DNA of 63,017 nt, filler included, from Aduncisulcus paluster (lineage: Eukaryota), in NCBI GenBank assembly GCA_024181965.1. It is 6 parts of 6 records of this genome, joined end to end, with 100 filler letters (N's around TTAATTAATTAA, not from the genome) between each part and the next. Parts side by side here need not be neighbours in the genome. Positions count along the whole stretch, not along the records: positions 41,731 to 48,458 come from BQXS01012422.1; positions 48,559 to 53,265 come from BQXS01012423.1; positions 53,366 to 57,669 come from BQXS01012426.1; 3 more parts are not named here. One strand, written 5' to 3'. Positions 47,691-57,769 of this stretch are shown here, piece after piece. The position numbers were made by a program, and so were the translations under genes. Below the pieces are notes generated by a model. That model was not told the DNA's origin and did no database searches. It saw nothing but the letters and a program-made list of their open reading frames with translations. Each line of letters opens with the position of its first letter. Position 1 is the stretch's first letter.

Positions 47691-48149
47691 AACATGGAAG
47701 ATTTTATTCGTCGTTTTAGCGAAAAATATCGTTTTTTCTATGAAAAGGTGGAGGAAAAGCAAACGCTTTGCTCTGAGAGGGAAAAATCTCTGTCTGAACA
47801 AACCATTAGTAAGTCTCAAATGAAAAAACAATCACAATCAATTGAGGGCGAAAAAAAGAAATTAATGTTACAAAAACAAGAAAAGGAGAACGATTATATG
47901 CGTCGTTGTAACGAAAAATATCGTCGTTTGTATGAAAAGGTGGAGGAAAAGCAAATGCTTTGCTCTGAGAGGGAAAAATCTCTGTCTGAACAAACCATTC
48001 GTTGCTCTGAGAAGGAAAAATCAATTGAGGGCGAAAAAAAGAAATTAATGTTACAAAAACAAGAAAAGGAGAAGATAAAAGATCAAATAGAGGGTCGATT
48101 CATCCTCTCCTTCAAAAATCACCAATTTATATTGCTGCTGGAAAAATGA
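47691..48149 (+). repeat. Internally duplicated lysine/glutamate-rich ORF-like segment
   Basis: EKYR..YEKVEEKQ.LCSEREKSLSEQTI and SIEGEKKKLMLQKQEKE blocks each occur twice. Coding status is uncertain. Confidence 0.5.
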
Positions 48150-48261
48150 CTCGGGAAATCCGAAGGAAATTTTTTGCAAAGCCGGTTAAATTTGTATGAA
48201 ATCGGTATTTTTCTTATTTTTACTGAATAACACCTAGACACGAATCTGGATGTTTTCAATT

Positions 48262-48330
48262 TGCGATTCGTCGCACTGCGACCGTCGCAAAATTGTTGCG
48301 ACCGTCGCATTTCAGATTCAAATTTGCGAT
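48262..48330. repeat. Array of TGCGAC-N-GTCGCA palindromes
   Basis: TGCGATTCGTCGCA at 48262-48275, TGCGACCGTCGCA at 48277-48289 and 48297-48309, and a half site at 48325-48330. Confidence 0.8.
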
Positions 48331-48558
48331 ATCCACTAATATAATTAATAAAATACATTATTTTTAGCAAAATAATTAATAAAACCCCATCTTCTACTTA
48401 AATTATATTATTTACTTTAATATATTATTGAAAACAAGCAGGGAGATTCGAATTGCTGNNNNNNNNNNNNNNNNNNNNNNNNNNNNNNNNNNNNNNNNNN
48501 NNTTAATTAATTAANNNNNNNNNNNNNNNNNNNNNNNNNNNNNNNNNNNNNNNNNNNN

Positions 48559-51347
48559 TTCTCCTGTCCCATGCAGTTGGGATTGTTGATAGTGAGTGCA
48601 GATCTTCTTGTGACACCACAAAAGCTCCTGGAGGTTGCAAATGTCCTGTTCCACCCGCTTCTTGCTCATCTGCTACAAGTCTTCTCTCTGCATGTGACAA
48701 TGTGTCTGCACTCCTTTCCAAGTGTTTGAATAGCTTTGCTTCCAGTGCTCGCAGATTCACAGATCGAGTTGAACAATATGAAACTGCAAGTGACCACTCC
48801 TGTGTTTCTTTCTCTGATCTTGCTGTCTGTTCTGATTGTACTGTTGATAGTAGAGGTGAGAAGGATGACAACAAGAACAATACTGACACTTGTATTACCG
48901 ATATTCCTAGCTGGAGTGCAAAACTTCTTCTTGGTTCTTCCGGGAGTGATGTTTGGAGCAATGTTCTCTCTGAGTTGGGATGTTCTGTGTCTTCTCATGA
49001 TTCTTGTGATAGTTCTTCTTCTTCTTCTTCTGCTTCTTCTTCTTCTGCTGCTGCTTCTACTACTTCAAAGGATTCAGGTGAGCATTGTGACGATGACAAA
49101 GCTGTGGATGACGGTCTGACATCTTGTTCAACATCTTGTTCAACATCTTGCTCAACACCTTGGTCTGCTTCCGTCTTGTCTTCCAAGTTCTTACCATCAC
49201 TCCATTCTGACATTTCCTCTCCTGTGATGCCATCGATCTCATCAACATCCTCTGATTCATCTTTATCCCCATCCTCATCCCCATCTTTGTCTGCTCATTC
49301 AAGACATGCTGCTACATCTGACACAGTTCACAACACACTGAGTGGCATGTCTGCCTCAAGTATCTCTAACTTACGCACCAACCATCTCTCCTCCATCAAG
49401 AGCCTCAATGGTTGTCTTAATAAGCTTGGTGAGTATGTGTGTTCATATATTGTCCCATGTCTATCACAAGGCCGTGTGACTGATTCAAAGCTTCAGTCTC
49501 TCAAATCTCGTTTGGAAGGCAAACCATATGATGATGATGATTCTGCTCTTGGCTTGCTTGACCATGAAGGTTGTGTGAGTGATCATTGTGACCATGAACA
49601 GAAATGTTTGAGTGAACTTGCCCATGCTCTGTGTATCGATGCAGAAACCATGAAGTCGTCAGAAAGTGCAGAGTCCACCATTGTGAATGTTGCAACTGTT
49701 GTGTGCTCTCTGCTTGACCTGTGTTCAGAGTACATGCGTATCGTGGATGAATATCGTTGTGCCGTGTTGTGTTGTGTCCTGCGTGCGTGTGAGCTCTCTG
49801 AGTGGCGTGAGAGTGTGCGTGAGATTGAACAGAGTGAAGCTGAGATGGAAAATATTTCGAAAGCAATGAAACAACTTAAAGAACTCTCACAAAAAAATAA
49901 GAAACGTTTGGTGATCACCGAGGAAGACATTGGATCTCTTCATAACAAACTTGAACATCTTTCTCAAAAGAAACTTCATTCCCCAAATGAATCGAATTCC
50001 TCGCCGATCAAGGAATTCTTAGCCTTTGATATTGATCAAGATGATCAAGATAAAGACATGCAAGAACAAGAGTCAGAAGAATCGGTGAAAGATCGAATTG
50101 CTATATTAGAAACCAGAGTGAAAAGATACAAAAATAATATATCAAATCTTAGGGTTGAAATGTATAAACGATTCCACCGATGTGTTGAACTTCAACGACA
50201 TGCAACTTATCTTGCAAGTGTTGGATTCATTATTCCACAACGTTTGAATGTATCCAATCTTCTACATAATGATGCGAATGACGTGTCTTCCTCTTCTCTC
50301 AATGGTCTCCCTGATTCTCTTCCTCTTCTCTTCACAGCTGGGGTTTCATTAGAAATGTTTAGTGATGTTAAAGATCTTTGTTGCACAGGAACTTGTGTCT
50401 CTGGGTCATTCTCTACAGCTCTTTCTACAGCTCTTGGACCATGTCGCAATGAAGGCAATATGTTCACAGCTCTCTGGCAACATTCTCGACTCGATCATGA
50501 TATCAGCAAGATTGAGGATAGCAGCAAGATTGAGGATGATATCACTGCCCTTGCATCTGAGAAAGTTGTCTTAAAATATATTGATCTCGATACAAGTTCT
50601 ATCCATTCACATTCCACAACTTCTTCCTCTTCAACATCTCCATTCTCTTCTCACTATAGGACATTATTACGTTCTGCTCTTGCTCCTCGAATGTCTGGAT
50701 CGTGTCCATACATTATCCCACTCCAATGCCTATTCCACGATGAGCATGTTCATAACCCATCTCGAAAAGGAGCTTATCTTGTGTTTCCTTACTATGCACA
50801 CAGAGATATGTTCTATTGGATAAACAATACCCATCCTGATTTTGAGGCTGTTATACACGTTCTCACTTGTGTTCTTTCTGCTCTTGCTCATCTTCACAGT
50901 CAGTTCATTGTTCACTGTGACTTGAAACCGACAAACATCTTGATTGATTCCTTTGGCAATGGTATTCTGTGTGACTTTGAGGGATCTGTTGACTGTAGTG
51001 AACGAACAATGCGTCTGTTAAGCCAAACCATGTACGTTGGAACTCCAGGTTACATTGCCCCTGAGTTGAGTGAGGCAATCAAGGAACATTCACGTCCACA
51101 TCCTACCCCTGCAAGTGATATGTATTCGTTTGGAGTGCTCTTGAAGGATGTGTTTGACATGCTCTCTGATGTTGGTGATGTATCAATCTTTTCAGAATTG
51201 TCCAATATGTCTGCAATGTGCATGAATTCGAATCCTAAAGATCGACCCACATCCTTGGATATGTTGATATTGTTAAATTCAGGAAGGATGAAGGAATACA
51301 TAATGAAACAGGAAGAGGAAGAGGATAACGAAGAATATGAAGAATGA
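48559..51347 (+). CDS. Protein kinase with long Ser-rich/coiled-coil N-terminal region, 5'-partial
   Basis: Frame is open from the contig start. Motifs VVLK, HCDLKPTNILI, CDFEG, VGTPGYIAPE and SDMYSFG. Confidence 0.88.
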
Positions 51348-51472
51348 AAAGGAAGAGGAAGACGACTGTACGGGTCCCTACCGTGAATAATAAAAGATGT
51401 TAGCAAATTTATTGTATTGGGAGAAGCATTGGCTTTTACCCTGCATTAAACTCCCAGATATTCCTACGCTCC

Positions 51473-53265
51473 TTATTCAAACAAAGCTTCCACACCTCCA
51501 CCTGTGCGTTCAATCAAATCATACACAGATTGTCTCAAAGATCTTTCCTCATCAAATGGCAACTGCACAAGAATATGCTGAAGAGGAGTGTATTGGATAA
51601 GAGAAGAGTGTGTGAGGAGATTTTGAGAACTCGATCCATCATGTTTAAGAATATGTTGGGGATGCATTTCTTTTCCATTGATAATATCGTGATAGCAAGA
51701 TTCTTTGTTTTTGCGATGTGGAACAGTTTTACGCAGTTCCATGATAGAACATACATGGGAAGCGTACAAATATCCATCTTTCTTTGGACACAACGATGTC
51801 TCAATGGAAGGAATAAATGAAACCATTGGAACAGAATGGAAAAGAGTTGAGGAGAGATAAGAAGAAGATACAAAGGAGGAAATGTTGGAAATGTATTGGT
51901 TATAGATTTGAGTTAGACAATAGCTCTTTTCTCTGAACCACAGTATGTTGGCATCATATATGGGAGATATGCGAGGAACAAGAGATGGAACAGTGGAGAA
52001 CATGGAAATGAGAGCGGACCAACATGTGATTCCCCGTTTATGTTCTTCCTTCTTTATAACTGTAAACCACCCATCAAGAAGATCCTTAACATTATCATAG
52101 ACTTCAACAGCATGTGATGGATCACAACATAAGTTGGAGAAGAATAATAAAACTCTTTCATGATCATCCTCAACAATCTTATCATCAACAAACTCTCTCT
52201 TAACAACATCAAGAACAGGGTGGAAGAGAGGCCAAGCTTCAGAACAGAGGGATTTGTTGGGGGTTGAATTATCACTTGAGAGGGTGATTTTTGATAGAAT
52301 AACCATCCATTGTCCATAACACTCACTATCATTGTATATCCTCAACCAATCTCTGATATATGGTTTGATGAGGGTGAGAATAGAGGATCGAGTGGAAGAA
52401 GAGGGAGAATTAGAGATGTTTCTGAGAGTCATTAATAAACGTAGAGCAACACCACCTCCCAACTTCCCCTTACTTCCTCTCTCAAGAATACGTTGGAAAG
52501 TGGGGGAGATCTTTGGAAGGAAGGAATCCAATTTATCGTGAACTTTGAAAGTATAAATCACACAAATCCAACAATACTCTCCATCAACATCTCCTTCCAA
52601 CACTTCCTTACATCTTGATAGATGATCAATGAAAGTGTCAATGAGATCATTCAGATCAGGAATAGGGAGATAGATCTCATTTCCAGAAATATCATGTCTA
52701 ACAAACAATTGTAAACACTGAACACAAAGAACTATCTCTCTTTTGTGCTCTTCAATCTCACTCTTTGATTGGAATGGAAGGAAGACAGAGAGAATCTCAT
52801 CTCGATGTTTATGGTAGAGTTTGGAAGTTGATTCTGAGTCAGGGGATTTGTTGATAGATTCAACCAATTCTGACCATTTCTTCAGAGAAGGATAGCAGTT
52901 AACAAGATATCTTGAATAATCTTCACCCCAACCCCCATTATTCTTACACCATTCCATGTTGGTATCATATTTGGGATATATGTGAGGAACAAGAGATGGA
53001 ACACTGGAGAACATGGAAATGAGAGCGGACCAGTATTTAATTCCCCAATTACCATCATCTTTCCCTGCTTCACTCTTCTTCTTTATCATCTCAAACCAAC
53101 CATCAAGAAGACCATCTTTAATACAATCATGCACTTCAACAGCTTGGGAAGGAATACAACTAAAGTTAGCAAAGAACCGAAAACAACGAATGACAGCATC
53201 ATCAAATGTAATACCTTTGGAAGCAGTATCCTTAATCACATCCAAGACAGGATGGAAGACAAACC
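51473..53265 (-). CDS. Lineage-specific helical repeat ('domain B') protein, 5'-partial
   Basis: 590-codon ORF, internally repeated (HAVEVYDNVKDLLDGWF..WSALISMFSTVPSLVP.I.PKYD) and near-identical to 57770-59100. Confidence 0.8.
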
Positions 53266-53365
53266 NNNNNNNNNNNNNNNNNNNNNNNNNNNNNNNNNNN
53301 NNNNNNNNNTTAATTAATTAANNNNNNNNNNNNNNNNNNNNNNNNNNNNNNNNNNNNNNNNNNNN

Positions 53366-54245
53366 GAGAATATTTAGAGCCCACTATGGGTCCATCACTG
53401 ATGGTTGGAACACTTAAATGAGGAGAGAAATGTTCAAATGTATCCAATTTCATAAGATATTGTGGAATTGATGATAGTGGAGACATCCAACGAAATGATT
53501 CACAACGTGTGATTGACGACTCATCACGATCGAATCGACTTCTAGGGCATTGATACTGGCACAGACGGTGAGTTCTGACCACTTTGGATCTCAACTGTCG
53601 TATTATCTTTAGTGATGGTAGGTCTGGCTGGGATACATCACGAATCTGTGCCATTCTGTATCTTTGATATGTTTTATGAGTGATCCTCTTTAGCAGAGCA
53701 TCAATGACAATTTCCCTCGAAAGATTAGAGAGGCCTTGGAGCATCCTTTCTAAAAGGATGAGCGGTGAAACTAGAGCCTCGTCCTCCACAAGCTCAGACA
53801 TTGGGAGATAATCATCGTCAAACGCATACCCACCCTCTGCAAGAAGTGCTGTTGTATCATCTGCAAGAAGTGCTGTTGTATCATCTGCAAGAAGTGCTGT
53901 TGTATCATCTGCAAGAGGTTCATGCGCAGTAAACTCGGGCCTTTCGATTGACTCGGTGACAATTATTGTATTCATATCGTCGTATACATGGCCATAATAT
54001 GTTTGAGAATTGGGGCCACGGATTACAAATTTGAATGGATGAGATGGCTGGCATTCATGACATTTGTAATCCGTGGCCCTCCATAGATGTCGATGAGAAA
54101 AGGGTTGAGAAAAGCCTACGGCCGCATAACATTTACAACAACGGGGGAAAATAGATTTTTTAGATAGTTGCTCAATATTTGAAATTTTAAATAAATGTTC
54201 AATTTCATCATGAATTTCCGTTACAAAAGACCATATAACTGTCAT
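53366..54245 (-). CDS. Orphan protein with CxxC..CxxC putative zinc finger and 8-aa repeat, 3'-partial
   Basis: CCKC-x(~20)-CHEC, LADDTTAL x3, and a further HRLCQYQC motif. First ATG is at 54245. Confidence 0.55.
53836..53916. repeat. 24-bp coding tandem repeat, 3.4 copies
   Basis: TCTGCAAGAAGTGCTGTTGTATCA x3 plus a partial copy. Confidence 0.95.
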
Positions 54246-54390
54246 TTTATACTTTAAATATTTTTCGATTATCAACAAAAATAGATTTTTATATATTAGA
54301 ATGTTTATATCGTTTAAATGGAGGAATTGTTTCGCTTAAATTATTAGAAAGACTTTTAAAAAATTAAGGAACAAATTTATTGAATAAAGA

Positions 54391-55053
54391 TTACTCTAAA
54401 TCAGGCAGGGAGGATTCTTCTTCATCCAACTGAGTTGGCTGGGCACCCGATACTGTTTGAGATTCGGTTGACAGTAAAGAGGATGATATTCCTTGCTCCT
54501 CTTCAAGCCTTGATCTGAGATCGAGAGATATCACTGCGGTGGGCCACTCGTCGATATTGGCAAGATATGCCTCTAATAGTGGAGTTTCATCTCTAAAAGA
54601 AGGTCGATGCAGGTCCATGCTTCTTTTTAAACTTGTCTTCTTCAGTTTGATATTTGAAAGGACATGAGCTGTTTTCGTGGCCAGATGTTTTTCATAAAAC
54701 CCCAATACTATTGGATCAGCTGAGTGCTCGAATAAAGGTCCAAAATAGCTGTCTCCTCTTATTTCTTTCTTTATAATGGAATTGCGGACGGAACTTGGGA
54801 GGCAGCGCCTTTTTCTTACCCTCCTCGATGATTGTTCCGATTTGATAATTGTGCATAACATACGGAGGGCAAGTCTGGCGATTAGACTGGACATTATTTC
54901 ATCAATCTCTGCGGATACTCTTAGAAAATCCTCAAGAGTGTCCACAGAGAGATCATTTCTACTTTTTAATAGAGTTGGGGTTATCTTTTCGGCGATCGTT
55001 GTCATCTCATGTTTAACATCTTTGATTTCCCGTATCAGCGACTTTTTTATCAA
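54391..55053 (-). CDS. Orphan hypothetical protein with basic NLS-like patch and acidic tail
   Basis: 220-codon ORF in AT-rich context containing SSRRVRKRR. The start is uncertain (first in-frame ATG is 16 codons in). Confidence 0.5.
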   Translation of the reverse strand: MIKKSLIREIKDVKHEMTTIAEKITPTLLKSRNDLSVDTLEDFLRVSAEIDEIMSSLIARLALRMLCTIIKSEQSSRRVRKRRCLPSSVRNSIIKKEIRGDSYFGPLFEHSADPIVLGFYEKHLATKTAHVLSNIKLKKTSLKRSMDLHRPSFRDETPLLEAYLANIDEWPTAVISLDLRSRLEEEQGISSSLLSTESQTVSGAQPTQLDEEESSLPDLE

Positions 55054-55397
55054 TTTCAGATTAGCATTAACTGGGTAGCATAAGCTGGAACACTTTAAAT
55101 AATTTCAATAAAATTGTATATCATAATGTAACGAAAATCGACTTAAAGAATCTGAAGCGACAGGTAAAACATAAATCCTATCAAACATACGGGTTCATGT
55201 TGTTCAAAAAGGGAATTGAACAGGCTTCCACTTATTTTTATCTTAAACATATCTGTATTAGGCCGAGGAGAAACGGATTTCAATGTAGTATGAGTAAATT
55301 TGATTAACGGCATAAAAGTTCTCACATTATTTTATTTAGGAATCTTCAGATCAAAAACCAATCCAGCAGAAACCAACAGAAAAAATATCTAAAACAC

Positions 55398-55770
55398 ATT
55401 GAATGATAGCCACACACAGAGCAGCGATCATACACAAGATCCTCAGATTCACAGGATCATACACGGGGTTCTCGTCATCTTCCTCTTCAAGGATCACATT
55501 CATCAAGATCAAAGCCCAGCTTTGGCAAACTCAATCACATTCCCACCTTGACAGAACTCCATCATGATGCCTAATGTTCCTTTCAGGCCACCATCGAGAA
55601 GATCAAGCATATGCAGAGGACGAGGGATACAGCTTTGTAATGACGGCTTGGAATACAACTTATATTACGAGAGAATTCTTTCTTCATGTCTTTCATACAT
55701 TTCACATTGTCTTCACAATGCTCTTTGTTCTTCATACACTTCAGAGCACACAACACGGGGGGGAAGAATA
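55398..55770 (-). pseudogene. Degenerate fragment of the family kinase
   Basis: Nucleotide similarity to 41840-42200 (PPVLCALKCMKNKE..KKEFSR; CIPRPLH.LDLLDG.LKGT; MEFCQGGNV) with frameshifts. Confidence 0.85.
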
Positions 55771-56353
55771 TTGTTAATGTGGCACATGGAAGATGACCTG
55801 GCGAAAGAGGGAACAGTATAGAATACACTGTTAGACACATTGCACAGCTTGTTCTCTTTATAATTATAGATAATAAAAAATGACATAATTTGTTGAAGGC
55901 CACAATCATGGGAATTGATACTTACCACACTAATTATTAAGATTTATGGGTATAAGTCGGACATAGTATATATGTTATACATTAAGCTTTGTCTATAAAA
56001 GTAAAATAGGATTACATCATCAAACTTGGGCAAAATGAATTCGAGTCGATCTCTTCCAGCACAATCCCACCAAAACGAATAGCAGAAGAAGAATAAATAA
56101 TAAATTTAAGTATATTAGAAATATTTATTAATAATATGTTTTGTGATATACGTCCGACTTCTTAATTTCAGATCTTATTTCTGATCTATTAACATGAGCA
56201 TATTATCAATAACTCATGCATAAAAGTAAATTATTAACTATTTATTATACCTTTAATCTTAATTTACATTCTAATATTTCCCACATTAACCTTTCGGTGT
56301 GAATCTCACAATTGCGGGCTTTGGTTTTGGGCACACTAATATATGGAAAAGCA

Positions 56354-56623
56354 GTTCCCCTGGGTCTGATCAACCCGGGGGAGCGTAAGTCTTATGTTTT
56401 ATTGTATTTTCCGTGTTTTCTGCCCCTTCACTGCTTCCCCACTTGTTGTCCCCCCTTATTTCTCTCATATCCCAAAAAAAGGGGGGGACTCCAACGATTT
56501 TGTGTTTTTACTGTTTATTTTTTTTTTATTTTTGCTTTATAACTTAAGAAATCAAGTCTGAGTGAATAGATTTGTTGTGTGCAGTAATGGATCCATAATA
56601 AGCATTTATTATGGGTCCATTAC
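56354..56623. other. Cluster of three stem-loops
   Basis: 56354-56384 (GTTCCCCTGGGT/ACCCGGGGGAGC), 56448-56489 (GTCCCCCCTT/AGGGGGGGAC) and 56584-56623 (18-bp arms, one G-T pair, GCAT loop). Confidence 0.7.
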
Positions 56624-57349
56624 AATTTATAATATATTAATTAAATGTTTTGTAATGGATTTGTTTTGTAATTTTACTATGTCTTGATTTTTACATATTA
56701 CATACATAGAGGAGTCTTAGTAAGTAAACATAGCCGCTCTTATTCTAAGGCGCTTTTCGAAATCATAGTGGAATTATTTTACTGATAAATGGTACGCCTG
56801 TGCTAGATTTTATTGAGTAAATTTGTCTGCATCTTCTCCATAGAGATCGCCACAAAATAATTATTTTGTAACAAAGACCTTGAAACGTGAAGTTTTATTG
56901 AATTATGTGTGCCAAAGAAACTCAAAGCGCTGTTGGTAATTAGATAATATTACCATGTTGATTTAAGTATTAATTATATAGATCATGGGATTAATGATCT
57001 AGGATTATATGAAGGTTTATCTGCGAAGGTAAACACGAAGGTTTAAAATATAGATACAAATAAATTGACTCACCTACAATATTTTTTTTACTTAAATTAC
57101 AGTGAATTCACTGATTAAATAAGTATGTCAGCGATATTAAAACCACCCTTTCTGACGAAGTTTTCGAAAGATGACTGGCATGAGTTTTTCTGCCAGTATG
57201 CTATTGTGGTAATGTCTCAGGATCTATAAATAGACACGTTCGGTGAACTGTCATATCAATAAATTGTAAATCGTTTATTATACGTACTACCACATTTTGA
57301 TCAAAATTCCATAATACGAATTTTAAACTAACAGTGTACAGTGAAAATT

Positions 57350-57669
57350 ATGGTTGTTTTAACGAGATCTCAGAAACAGTTGGAACAACAAGCAGTGACC
57401 CGTGCCGAGGGAATATCAACCCAAAACAGTGATTTGGAACAGTCTAAGGTGACAGAAACACCTACTACTACCGTGAATTCTACTGAAAAAGAAGTTCCGT
57501 CCGAAGATGATGAACAGCTTGATGATGGTGAAAAACATGGACCTAACGTGACTACAACAATTTATTCCGATGGTACAAAACATGGACCTAACGTGACTAC
57601 AACAGTTTATTCCGATGGTACAGTGGAGCAGCGCCTAGTGGAAGACCGTGAAAGCGTTTCAGGAACCGA
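57350..57669 (+). CDS. Partial ORF, possibly a retroelement gag/ORF1 N-terminus; 45-bp tandem duplication 57532-57621
   Basis: Begins MVVLTRSQK, a start seen in many gag-like proteins, and contains KHGPNVTTT.YSDGT x2. Cut by the linker. Confidence 0.35.
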
Positions 57670-57769
57670 NNNNNNNNNNNNNNNNNNNNNNNNNNNNNNN
57701 NNNNNNNNNNNNNTTAATTAATTAANNNNNNNNNNNNNNNNNNNNNNNNNNNNNNNNNNNNNNNNNNNN

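Noticed and set aside
55757..55770. Polypurine tract of an LTR retrotransposon
   Set aside because: It is the antisense of kinase codons (YSSPPV) matching the paralog near 42190.
56350..56362. AGCAGTTCCCCTG resembling the yeast U6 snRNA internal stem-loop
   Set aside because: No upstream ACAGAGA box and no further U6 similarity.
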